A stretch of DNA of 64,000 nucleotides from Eledone cirrhosa. Taxonomy: Eukaryota. The stretch is from assembly GCA_964016885.1 (NCBI GenBank), contig OZ024742.1, positions 290,036,001-290,100,000 of the forward strand, in the 5' to 3' direction. The translations under genes and the position numbers were made by a program. The notes below the pieces were generated by a model that worked only from the letters and a program-made list of their open reading frames with translations, was not told the DNA's origin and searched no databases. Positions 1-14,281 of this stretch are shown in pieces. The number at the start of each line of letters is the position of its first letter. Positions within the stretch are counted from its first letter, which is position 1.

Positions 1-3000
1 ATTTTCATAAGGAAAGTATATACTTTCGAACGTTCAACTATCTGGCAGATGGGTAAACGGTGCTGATGATAGCTAACAAGCTTGAAACTAGTACATCGTT
101 CCTGTGTCAGTGTTGAACAAAAAGGTGACGTGGTTGCCTTAACACCGTATGGCATAAATTCAGGCTGTTCAGTTTGTTTACAAACGAACAAAGCGACGTT
201 AGCGCCGCTAAACTGATACGTGCATATATGTATGTGTACCTGTATGCATATGTATGTATATATGTATATATATATATATATATGTGCATGCTACTGCACG
301 TCTGTATACATATATGTATGTACGTATACATGCATACTTACATTTAAGTAAGTGCCATACTAAGAGTGAGAAATGAAATTTCGTTTTCATTTTGTTTCAA
401 TTTATCGTTTTCGGTATGCCTGACCGATTTAACTCACTCAATATGCAAATTAGGCTGCTCAGCCGTTAATTTTCATAAGGAAAGTATATACTTTCGAACG
501 TTCAACTATCTGGCAGATGGGTAAACGGTGCTGATGATAGCTAACAAGCTTGAAACTAGTACATCGTTCCTGTGTCAGTGTTGAACAAAAAGGTGACGTG
601 GTTGCCTTAACACCGTATGGCATAAATTCAGGCTGTTCAGTTTGTTTACAAACGAACAAAGCGACGTTAGCGCCGCTAAACTGATACGTGCATATATGTA
701 TGTGTACCTGTATGCATATGTATGTATATATGTATATATATATATATATATGTGCATGCTACTGCACGTCTGTATACATATATGTATGTACGTATACATG
801 CATACTTACATTTAAGTAAGTGCCATACTAAGAGTGAGAAATGAAATTTCGTTTTCATTTTGTTTCAATTTATCGTTTTCGGTATGCCTGACCGATTTAA
901 CTCACTCAATATGCAAATTAGGCTGCTCAGCCGTTAATTTTCATAAGGAAAGTATATACTTTCGAACGTTCAACTATCTGGCAGATGGGTAAACGGTGCT
1001 GATGATAGCTAACAAGCTTGAAACTAGTACATCGTTCCTGTGTCAGTGTTGAACAAAAAGGTGACGTGGTTGCCTTAACACCGTATGGCATAAATTCAGG
1101 CTGTTCAGTTTGTTTACAAACAAACAAAGCGACGTTAGCGCCGCTAAACTGATACGTGCATATATGTATGTGTACCTGTATGCATATGTATGTATATATG
1201 TATATATATATATATATATGTGCATGCTACTGCACGTCTGTATACATATATGTATGTACGTATACATGCATACTTACATTTAAGTAAGTGCCATACTAAG
1301 AGTGAGAAATGAAATTTCGTTTTCATTTTGTTTCAATTTATCGTTTTCGGTATGCCTGACCGATTTAACTCACTCAATATGCAAATTAGGCTGCTCAGCC
1401 GTTAATTTTCATAAGGAAAGTATATACTTTCGAACGTTCAACTATCTGGCAGATGGGTAAACGGTGCTGATGATAGCTAACAAGCTTGAAACTAGTACAT
1501 CGTTCCTGTGTCAGTGTTGAACAAAAAGGTGACGTGGTTGCCTTAACACCGTATGGCATAAATTCAGGCTGTTCAGTTTGTTTACAAACGAACAAAGCGA
1601 CGTTAGCGCCGCTAAACTGATACGTGCATATATGTATGTGTACCTGTATGCATATGTATGTATATATGTATATATATATATATATATGTGCATGCTACTG
1701 CACGTCTGTATACATATATGTATGTACGTATACATGCATACTTACATTTAAGTAAGTGCCATACTAAGAGTGAGAAATGAAATTTCGTTTTCATTTTGTT
1801 TCAATTTATCGTTTTCGGTATGCCTGACCGATTTAACTCACTCAATATGCAAATTAGGCTGCTCAGCCGTTAATTTTCATAAGGAAAGTATATACTTTCG
1901 AACGTTCAACTATCTGGCAGATGGGTAAACGGTGCTGATGATAGCTAACAAGCTTGAAACTAGTACATCGTTCCTGTGTCAGTGTTGAACAAAAAGGTGA
2001 CGTGGTTGCCTTAACACCGTATGGCATAAATTCAGGCTGTTCAGTTTGTTTACAAACGAACAAAGCGACGTTAGCGCCGCTAAACTGATACGTGCATATA
2101 TGTATGTGTACCTGTATGCATATGTATGTATATATGTATATATATATATATATATGTGCATGCTACTGCACGTCTGTATACATATATGTATGTACGTATA
2201 CATGCATACTTACATTTAAGTAAGTGCCATACTAAGAGTGAGAAATGAAATTTCGTTTTCATTTTGTTTCAATTTATCGTTTTCGGTATGCCTGACCGAT
2301 TTAACTCACTCAATATGCAAATTAGGCTGCTCAGCCGTTAATTTTCATAAGGAAAGTATATACTTTCGAACGTTCAACTATCTGGCAGATGGGTAAACGG
2401 TGCTGATGATAGCTAACAAGCTTGAAACTAGTACATCGTTCCTGTGTCAGTGTTGAACAAAAAGGTGACGTGGTTGCCTTAACACCGTATGGCATAAATT
2501 CAGGCTGTTCAGTTTGTTTACAAACGAACAAAGCGACGTTAGCGCCGCTAAACTGATACGTGCATATATGTATGTGTACCTGTATGCATATGTATGTATA
2601 TATGTATATATATATATATATATGTGCATGCTACTGCACGTCTGTATACATATATGTATGTACGTATACATGCATACTTACATTTAAGTAAGTGCCATAC
2701 TAAGAGTGAGAAATGAAATTTCGTTTTCATTTTGTTTCAATTTATCGTTTTCGGTATGCCTGACCGATTTAACTCACTCAATATGCAAATTAGGCTGCTC
2801 AGCCGTTAATTTTCATAAGGAAAGTATATACTTTCGAACGTTCAACTATCTGGCAGATGGGTAAACGGTGCTGATGATAGCTAACAAGCTTGAAACTAGT
2901 ACATCGTTCCTGTGTCAGTGTTGAACAAAAAGGTGACGTGGTTGCCTTAACACCGTATGGCATAAATTCAGGCTGTTCAGTTTGTTTACAAACGAACAAA

Positions 3001-4090
3001 GCGACGTTAGCGCCGCTAAACTGATACGTGCATATATGTATGTGTACCTGTATGCATATGTATGTATATATGTATATATATATATATATATGTGCATGCT
3101 ACTGCACGTCTGTATACATATATGTATGTACGTATACATGCATACTTACATTTAAGTAAGTGCCATACTAAGAGTGAGAAATGAAATTTCGTTTTCATTT
3201 TGTTTCAATTTATCGTTTTCGGTATGCCTGACCGATTTAACTCACTCAATATGCAAATTAGGCTGCTCAGCCGTTAATTTTCATAAGGAAAGTATATACT
3301 TTCGAACGTTCAACTATCTGGCAGATGGGTAAACGGTGCTGATGATAGCTAACAAGCTTGAAACTAGTACATCGTTCCTGTGTCAGTGTTGAACAAAAAG
3401 GTGACGTGGTTGCCTTAACACCGTATGGCATAAATTCAGGCTGTTCAGTTTGTTTACAAACGAACAAAGCGACGTTAGCGCCGCTAAACTGATACGTGCA
3501 TATATGTATGTGTACCTGTATGCATATGTATGTATATATGTATATATATATATATATATGTGCATGCTACTGCACGTCTGTATACATATATGTATGTACG
3601 TATACATGCATACTTACATTTAAGTAAGTGCCATACTAAGAGTGAGAAATGAAATTTCGTTTTCATTTTGTTTCAATTTATCGTTTTCGGTATGCCTGAC
3701 CGATTTAACTCACTCAATATGCAAATTAGGCTGCTCAGCCGTTAATTTTCATAAGGAAAGTATATACTTTCGAACGTTCAACTATCTGGCAGATGGGTAA
3801 ACGGTGCTGATGATAGCTAACAAGCTTGAAACTAGTACATCGTTCCTGTGTCAGTGTTGAACAAAAAGGTGACGTGGTTGCCTTAACACCGTATGGCATA
3901 AATTCAGGCTGTTCAGTTTGTTTACAAACGAACAAAGCGACGTTAGCGCCGCTAAACTGATACGTGCATATATGTATGTGTACCTGTATGCATATGTATG
4001 TATATATGTATATATATATATATATATGTGCATGCTACTGCACGTCTGTATACATATATGTATGTACGTATACATGCATACTTACATTTA
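1..4090 (+). repeat. 468-bp tandem array (about 8.7 units visible, runs off the left edge); each unit contains a hammerhead ribozyme (retrozyme-like satellite)
   Basis: Identical sequence recurs every 468 bp (CTGATGA at 63, 531, 999, 1467, 1935, 2403, 2871, 3339, 3807). The only substitution I noticed is G>A at 1122. The array ends in (TA)n. Confidence 0.97.
56..100 (+). ncRNA. Minimal type-I hammerhead ribozyme (first of 9 copies, period 468)
   Basis: Stem I AACGGTG/CATCGTT; core CTGATGA; stem II (T)AGCT-AACA-AGCT(T); GAAA; palindromic stem III ACTAGT; predicted cleavage after GTA (position 93). Confidence 0.85.
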
Positions 4091-4106
4091 TATATAATGT
4101 ATATAT

Positions 4107-4199
<93 letters not shown>

Positions 4200-4224
4200 T
4201 ATATATATAATATATATATATATA

Positions 4225-5086
4225 ATAACGAAGGAATTGTGGTAAGGAACCAGATGGACCATAACGCACCAAAGTACTCAATACTTAGGGTAGTAGAGTG
4301 GGTATTAAGAACACGTATGACCCCGACGGCAGAGCTCAATCCGTTTCGTCGGCTATTTCTGAACTAAATAAGAATTTTTAGCCTGGTAAATAAATAGCCA
4401 AACTTCTCAAGGGGAATTTCCTTATATGGGAAGATAGTAATTGTGAAGATGATTGGTTAAAATTTGTTATAAAGACAGATAAATCTATCATGGCAATTGG
4501 TGGGAGGTATGGGTGGCTGAACTTGCCGGTAGAACAAAGAGGGACTGGGGAAAGCCAGTCAGGCGTTGAAAGTGAAATCTATACAGCAGATTCTAAGGAT
4601 AATGTATAAAAGGTCGAAAAAATGTACTGGAGAAAAGGAGGGGGTGAAAGAATAGGTAGGTCGAAAGAGAGTAAAATAAAACTATTTATAAAAATAAATA
4701 TATAAAGACAATATTGATAGTGAGAAATGAAAAAAACAAAAACAGCTGCTAAAAATTAGTAGGTATTGCTAAGCTATAGAAAAGTTTAATAGGTAGAGAA
4801 TGGGAAAAAACGATATTGTAGTTGGTACTGAAAAAATATTTTCTCCAGTACATTTTTTCGACCAGTTGATGGATGTGAATCCGAAATATAGGGACAATTA
4901 AATCTCTCCCAAGGTAACTCTATCTCGTCTTATTGTTTTTATTTTTTAAGCTCTTTGCTACGTTCTTCTACACACTATACATCTCATTCTACATTCACTT
5001 ACATCTCTCTCTTCCCCACCGGATCTTGTTACCCGGAGAATTACCCATCTGCATTGTTGAGGCTTCCAAAACGACCAAAAGAAAAA
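4225..5086 (-). mobile_element. PLE pseudo-LTR/3' UTR fragment with a short internal inversion
   Basis: 4225-4420 is the reverse complement of the 3' end of the PLE at about 58980-59155. It is bounded by (TA)n and contains an HHR. Confidence 0.7.
4321..4414 (-). ncRNA. Type-I hammerhead, U3-A8 core variant
   Basis: Minus strand: CCCC-TTGAGAA-GTTTGGCTATTT...AAATAGCCGAC-GAAA-CGG(ATTGAGCTCTG)CCG-TC-GGGG. Confidence 0.75.
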
Positions 5087-5097
5087 ATATATATATA

Positions 5098-5151
<54 letters not shown>

Positions 5152-5168
5152 TATATATATATATATAT

Positions 5169-5339
<171 letters not shown>

Positions 5340-5400
5340 AATATATATATTTATATATATATATTATATATATATATATATTATATATATATATATATAT

Positions 5401-5431
<31 letters not shown>

Positions 5432-5542
5432 ATTATATATATATATTATATATATATAACTTTGATAACTTTGATAGGTTTCGGCCAGTATTGGCCCAGG
5501 CCATGTCTAACTTAATAGCACCACCTGGCGAAGTCTTACAAA

Positions 5543-7228
5543 TCAGTGTTTGGGCACCATGGCCCACTCGAGCAGAGAGTTATTGTTTACGGAGGCATAT
5601 CCGGGTGTAGGAGGCTTATCCGGGATTTCTTGAAGGAATTTATCCAAAGGCTTCTTGAACGTGATGGGGTCTGCCTCTGCTTTGATGTGTTTTGGTGTAA
5701 TGCTAAAGAGTGCAGGGCCAATTGAGGTTAAATAATTGTGCCGTATTGTTGTTATGTGATGCGAGTGGGATTTTTGTCGTGGGCGGATAGCACGGGCCCC
5801 AAGCCTTAGGTGTACACTAAAGGTGATGCCAACATCATTTGGGCTAAGCTGATGGAATATTTTCCACATCATACAGATAATGTAGCGCTCACGGCGACGT
5901 TGAAGAGAATAACATTTGAGCTTTTCTAATCGACCCCAATAGTCAAGGCCTGTCATGCCAACTATCTTTTTTATAATTGACCTTTGGGGTGCTTCAACTT
6001 TCATGATACTTTGTTTCGTGTGGAGTGACCACAGTGGACAACAGTAGTCAAGGTGGGATCGGGCAAAAGTGGAGAAGAGAAGGACAACAGTGTGGATATC
6101 TCTCGACTGGAAAGTTCTGAGAATCCAGGAACACATTCTGCGGGCCATATCAAGTTTGCTGTTTATGTGAGTGGCCCAGCTTATATTGTTGTCCACAGTT
6201 ACTCCCAGGTCTCTGATGTTATTGGAAGCCACTAGAGTTTCACCCGAAGGAAGAGAGTATGGTAGTTTCAGGGCATCCTTTTTTCCAAAGTGGATTAGTT
6301 CAAATTTATCCTCATTCAACAGCATATTATTCATCTCTGCCAGTAGGTCTGACTGACGGCAAGTCCGGTCATCCACCTCATTGATGACCCTTTGGAGCTT
6401 GGAATCATCTGCGAAGATTCTGATGTTGCTGTGTTTGATGATGTCAGTAATGTCATTAATGTAGATGATGAAAAGAAGTGGGCCCAACACAGTGCCTTGT
6501 GGGACGCCACTGCTGACTTTGGCAGGGCTTGATTTTACTCCTTCGACTACAACATGCTGGCTTCTGCCTGTCAGGAAATATTTGATCCACTGAAGTAACC
6601 TTCCAGAGACACCAACATTGGATAATTTTTTCAGTAGAATCTTATGATCAACTCTGTCGAAAGCCTTGCTGAAATCAAGGTAGATGACATCAGTGTTGGA
6701 GCCCTCTCCCAAGGCTCTCAAAATATCGTCAAAGTGATGCAGGAGCTGCGTTAGGCAGTCCCTTCCATTACGGAATCCCTGTTGGTTGGAGTTCAGCAGG
6801 CCGTTGCTTTCAAGAAAGTGGGTTATTCGTGATCTCACCACCCTCTCAAATACCTTGATAATATGAGAGGTGAGTGAGATCGGACGGTATTTCACTGCAA
6901 GGGACTTATTTCCCTTTTTGAAGACTGGGACAACGGACTGGGACAGAAAGTTTTCAGGAATATAGCCAGTGTCTAGTGAGTTCCTCCACAGATTAGCAAG
7001 AGGAGTTGCAAGTTGGTGTCGACACACCTTCAGGACACAAGCAGGGAACCTGTCGAGGCCTACTGCTAAATTGTGTTTAATTTCGTTTATTGCCGCTAAG
7101 ACATCAGGGGCGCCAAACGTTATGTCTGATATAGTGTGTTGGGGGTTAATATCACGGATACGGCCCAGATCAGCCATATGAGGGTTGCTGAAAACAGAGC
7201 AGTATTGTTTCTGCAGTATCTCGCCCAT
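5543..7228 (-). pseudogene. LINE reverse transcriptase domain
   Basis: Motifs YRPISLTS, QQGFR, YLDFSKAFDRVDH, SGVPQGTVLGPLLF, FADD, RDLGV. Confidence 0.93.
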
Positions 7229-7687
7229 GGTTTTGGCATTGTCCTGGAGTGTGCCATTTTCATCAACTAGGGGCCAACAGTGGAGATGGTGACCTTGTGT
7301 TTTTTAACGAATGAGAAGAACACTTTGGAGTTGAGTTTAAATTTTTCACTGGCCCACCTCTATTCACCTATTCTCTGGTTATTGATGATGGTCTTCATGC
7401 ATTGCTAGATGTTATATTTTTTTACTCAAGCAGGGTGATAGCCATTGAATGTGTGTGTTGCTGTTGGCAGTATTTTAGTGTGTTAATTTTTTTGTTTGTT
7501 CTTTTTATTTTTCTGATAATTGTTTTTCTGTTTTGGGGGATACTGCACTTGATTTTGTTCACAGGTTTTGGTGGGGTGTGTTTTGTACATATATTTGTGA
7601 CAGTGTCTACAAAGATCTGCCAAGATGTTTTGATGTTGGTGGAAGTGTGTGCATGTGTAAAAGACCAGTCGACATGTGATAGTTCGT

Positions 7688-8548
7688 TCATAATTGCATC
7701 CCAGTTGGCTTGTGGAGATCCATGTTATCAAATGGGTGGGCTGGAGAGAGGACCCTGGGATTAGCTTTCGGCTGGTGGAATCTCAGGTTACAAAGAACCA
7801 TGTCATGGTCTGAGAGAAGGGTTTTTTCCACTGTAATATTATTTATGGTGTTAGTGTGGTTACTAAACACTAAATCCAGAATGTTCTTCTGATGCCTCGT
7901 TGGTGCAAGGACAAGTTGGGACAAGAAAAACTCATTCATGAAGTCAAGAAGTGACTCGACAGCCTCTTTGTCAGTGGTTGAGGCTGTGGGGCCTGGTTTC
8001 AAACTACATGTAGACCAATCGACACAGGGTAGATTAAAGTCTCCCATCAAAAGTATGTTGCTAGAATGGCACTGTTTAATAAAGCATTTAATACTGTTGA
8101 GACATTCTTTGAAGCAGATTATGGGTGTTTGTGGTAGCCTATAGAGCCCAACTAATGTCAGGTCATTGGCTTTAATGTGCACAGTGACTGATTCACAGTA
8201 TCCATTAGAGAATGTTGTGTTGCCATCTGCCGTAAAGGAATCATGCAGGAAAATGGCAGTTCCACCCTTCCTTCTGCCAACATGATCCGCACGGATGGTT
8301 GTGAAATTTCTCACTCTTACTTCGGCCTCCAAGTGGGAGTTGTCAAGGTGGGTCTCAGTAAGAATGAAGAAGGGGATGTGAAATGAATGGTTATCAACCC
8401 AATCCTCAATGAATAGGATCTTCCATTTCTGTACATTGATCGATGGGCTAATACCTTGTGTATTGAGTAAGAATGTGGAGGCTAGTGTAGTGGCTGGTTT
8501 TGACTGTTGCAGGAGGCTTGTTTTGTGATTGTGTGTTAGTGACAGCAA
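7688..8548 (-). pseudogene. LINE apurinic-type (APE) endonuclease domain
   Basis: Motifs LTETHL, GGTAIF, GLYR, MGDFN, PTR..NILDLVF, SDH. Confidence 0.9.
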
Positions 8549-8646
8549 GGTTGGTGTTGGGTGATGGCTAAAATGTTTTTCTCTATCTCTTTTGCCAGGT
8601 TCATGGCTAAAAAATAAAGATTTTTTTTTTGTTCAGGGAGCAGTTT

Positions 8647-8765
<119 letters not shown>

Positions 8766-8832
8766 TATATATATATATTTATATATATATATATATATTA
8801 TATATATATATATTATATATACATTATATATT

Positions 8833-10106
8833 ATAAATATAAGTATTTACACGTACATACATATATGTATACAGACGTACAGTAGTATGTATATATATAT
8901 ATATATACATACATGCACACATATATACATGTACGTATGGGTTCACCGAACATGTATTATAATGCCCGGTGTGTTTGTAAACAAACATCTCGTATTAAGC
9001 CGTAGTGTCTAGCAACCATCGTTGCTCGTTTGTTGAACAGTGACAAAGGAACGCTGTACTAGTTTCAAGCTTATTAGCTATCGTCAGCAACGTATACCTT
9101 CCTGTCAGATTTTTGAACGTATATACTTACCTTATGCATATTAACGGCTGAGTAGCCCAATTTGCATATCGAGTGGGTTAATCGGCCGGGTGCACCGAAA
9201 ACGATAAACGGAAAAAATGAAACGAAATTTCATTTCCCACTCTTAGTACGGCTGTTACTTAAATATAAGTATGTACACGTACATACATATATGTATACAG
9301 ACGTACAGTAGTATGAATATATATATACATACATGCACACATATATACATGTACGTATGGGTTCACCGAACATTTATTATAATGCCCGGTGTGTTTGTAA
9401 ACAAACATCCCATATTAAGCCGTAGTGTCTAGCAACCATCGTTGCTCGTTTGTTCAACAGTGACAAAGGAACGCTGTACTAGTTTCAAGCTTATTAGCTA
9501 TCGTCAGCAACGAATACCTTCCTGCCAGATTGTTGAACGTATATACTTACCTTATGCATATTCACGGCTGAGTATCCCAATTTGCATATCGAGTGGGTTA
9601 ATCGGCCGGGTGCACCGAAAACGATAAACAGAAAAAAATGAAACGAAATTTCATTTCCCACTCTTAGTACAGCTGTTACTTAAATATAAGTATGTACACG
9701 TACATACATATATGTATACAGACGTACAGTAGTATGAATATATATATACATACATGCACACATATATACATGTACGTATGGATTCACCGAACATTTATTA
9801 TAATGCCCGGTGTGTTTGTAAACAAACATCGCGTATTAAGCCGTAGTGTCTAGCAACCATCGTTGCTCGTTTGTTCAACAGTGACAAAGGAACGCTGTAC
9901 GGGATGTTTGTTTACAAACACACCGGGCATTATAATAAATGTTCGGTGAATCCATACGTACATGTATATATGTGTGCATGTATGTATATATATATACATA
10001 CTACTGTACGTCTGTATACATATATGTATGTACGTGTACATACTTATATTTAAGTAACAGCCATACTAAGAGTGGGAAATTAAATTTCGTGTCAATTTTT
10101 CCGTTT
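8833..10106 (-). repeat. 420-bp tandem array related to the 468-bp unit (about 2.5 units on minus strand, then an inverted partial unit at 9898-10106)
   Basis: Period 420 (9061 vs 9481). Shares the HHR, ATGCAAAT and TGTTTAC blocks with the 468-bp unit in reverse complement. Confidence 0.9.
9051..9093 (-). ncRNA. Minimal type-I hammerhead (second copy 9471-9513)
   Basis: Minus strand: ACGTTG-CTGACGA-TAGCT-AATA-AGCTT-GAAA-CTAG-TA-CAGCGT. Confidence 0.85.
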
Positions 10107-10111
10107 ATATA

Positions 10112-11478
<1,367 letters not shown>

Positions 11479-11489
11479 ATATATATATA

Positions 11490-11602
<113 letters not shown>

Positions 11603-11727
11603 AAAGTTCTATTTAAAATTGTTGGGATACAAGTAAATATTTTATAACTGATATATAGCACTCGACAAGTTTTTGGAGTAGATATACGATATTAAATAAA
11701 TGGAAACTATATTTATAAAACCATATT

Positions 11728-11792
11728 TATTTCACTATACATATTTCAGGGATACCAAATTAAAATATGGTATGCCTTCATCAGATAAAATA
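11728..11792 (-). ncRNA. Hammerhead in the inverted pseudo-LTR
   Basis: Reverse complement of the motif at 15682-15746. Confidence 0.8.
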
Positions 11793-12049
11793 CAATATAT
11801 AAACAGTTTTATAAATAATTTTGACGTACCCTATTAGATGCAACCATTATTTTTGGAAGCTGTCTGGATAGTGAGATGTTTATAATTATTTTATTAGTTA
11901 TAGTGTTAAGCACAGTTAGAAAAAAGACGGAGAGAAAGAAAAAACTGAGAGAGAGAAGGAGAGAGAAAAAAAGAAGGAGAGAGAGAAAAGAAATGTATGC
12001 ATATATTCTGCTCCAGTATTGTTGAGCGCTTTACATTATAACTGAAAAA

Positions 12050-14281
12050 ATGGAATTCTTTAAGATCTCTTCTCCTCTAAAAGACATACCTATGAACAAA
12101 GATTTTATTAAACAATTAATAGAAAAATCAGACTCTTTTATAAGAAGAATCAGGTGGCGTGCTTTCCACTTTGATAAATCTAATCTAAATGAAAATGTTT
12201 CAGATTTGGATAAAATTTTCAAATCTAAGAAAAATCCACCCCCCAACAAACTACTAATGGATTTTGAAAACGATATAATTTCTATCATCCAAGGCATTAA
12301 ATTCAAGAGAAACTTCAAAGGCCAGGACTACTTAAGATGCATTAAGGATAATATTGAAAGCTTGGAAAAAAACAGAGAAGATCTTAGTGAAATCGGACAA
12401 AACTAATAACCTTTATGGAGTACAAAAGGACATGTATAACGGCCTTATATTGAAAGAACTAAGGAAAAAGTACAAGGTAGCAAGTAAGAACGAACTGGAA
12501 AAAAATGAATACAGAGGCATCTTGTATAATGCATGAATTAGACATTGAGAATAAAACACAACCCTTCATGCCTAGGAAACCCAAGATCAATATGAAAGAT
12601 CACAAAAGAAACTTTGAAAATGATTTGCCAGTCAGATTGATTGCACCATCAAAATCTGACCTGGGAAAACTTAGCAAAAACATTCTAGACAGGGTAATAC
12701 AGCAAATTAAAAACTTACATGATCTACCTTACTTAAAGTTATGGAATGGGGCTGGTGAGGTTATTGAGTGGTTTAAAGAAATTAAATATAACTATAATAA
12801 TAAGTTTATTCAGCTGGATATTGCTAACTACTATTCATCTATCACTCCTAATCTACTGAACAAGGCACTAAATTACGCATTTAAACATACTGACCTAACT
12901 AGCAATGAAATGCACATTATATTATCGGCAAGGAAAACATTGATAGAATTTAATAACCAACTATGGACTAGGGCAGATAGAGATAATAATTTCGACATAA
13001 CTATGGGATCATCAGACTCAGCTCAGGTAACGGACCTTGTGGGCCTATTTATAATTAATTCGCTACATAGAAAAATACCAGGTGTAACCGGAGGATTATA
13101 TCGTGATGACATGCTTTTACTTATTGAAAATAATAGCTGTGAACTAAATAGAAAAAAAAAACAAATTATACAATTTTTTAATTACCTTAATCTAAAAATA
13201 GAAATAGAGAATAACCATAAAATAGTCAATTTTCTGGATGTAACACTAAATCTCAACACATGTCTTCATTATCCATTTCACAAACTAAATGAGAACTTGA
13301 ATTATGTCAATTTTAACTCTAATCACCCCAGATCTGTTAAAAATACTATAGTGAACTCTGTTCAAGAACGAATTTCAAGAATTTCATCTAATAAAAATAT
13401 TTTTGATGAAAAAGCGCAGTATTACAATGAAGCGTTAGCTAGAGCAGGATATAGAGATAAAATTAAATACATCGATAATAATAATAAGCAAACTAACCAA
13501 AATAATAACAATTTTAATTACGGTAACAACTTTAACAACTATAATAGAAAACATTACAATAATTCCAAAAGCCGAAAAAGAAATAGAACTAGAAATATAT
13601 TATGGTTTGCCCCCCCCCCCCCCCCCCTTTCTCACTAAATATTAAAACCCATATTGCTAAACTATTCTTTAATGCTCTTGACAAACGCTTCCCTAGAACA
13701 CATAATATCACTCAATTTTTAATAGACACACTATAAAATTAACTTACTCGTCCACCAAAAATTTAGCACAAAATATTAACAGAATTAATAATAGGAATTT
13801 AAAACCTAACCAAAATACCAATAATAACCCAAACAATATTCAATTAAATAACTGTAACTGTAGGAATAAATCTAACTGTCCGTTAAATAACAACTGCTTA
13901 GCTAAAAATGTAGTGTACAATTGTAATGTTAAAACTAATTTAAATTCTTTCAACTATGTTGGTTCCACCTCGACAGAATTTAAACTTCGCTTCAATAATC
14001 ATAAGAATTCTTTCACAGATCCAAACAAAAAATCATCAACTTCGCTATCTAGCCTACTCTGGCACCTTAAACGAGATAATGTTAAATATTCGATGATTTG
14101 GAATATTGTCTCAAAAGGTATTCCTTTTAATTCCTCTTCAGAGAGTTGTGATCTTTGTATAGAAGAAATATTCTTTATATTAAAGTCCAAAAATTCCCTT
14201 AATTTAAGGAGCAATTTATTCAGTTGCTGCAGACATAGATTGAACTCAACGTTTAAATATAAATATAAATTTAAAATGTAG
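12050..14281 (+). pseudogene. PLE polyprotein (RT + GIY-YIG endonuclease) with several frameshifts
   Basis: RIRWRAFHF, KSDKTNNLY, QLDIANYYSSI, FDITMGSSDSA, GLYRDD, NFLDVTL, SNHP; CNC..CPL..C linker; VYNC...YVGST, CDLC..E, LNLR..CCRH. Confidence 0.9.

Larger units (their letters stand above)
5458..8645 (-). mobile_element. Non-LTR retrotransposon (CR1/L2-group LINE); ORF2 broken by frameshifts
   Basis: APE endonuclease ORF followed by RT ORF on the minus strand; short tandem tail (TTATCAAAG)x2; flanked by (TA)n. Confidence 0.9.

Noticed and set aside
1-4090. CRISPR-like array
   Set aside because: Whole 468-bp units repeat without unique spacers; eukaryotic context and no cas genes.
107-4339. 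Repeated 60-74 aa ORFs in the satellite and all [14 protein letters not shown]-type ORFs across the window
   Set aside because: Translations of (TA)n, (CA)n and tandem repeats, or antisense shadows of TE ORFs; no protein motifs.
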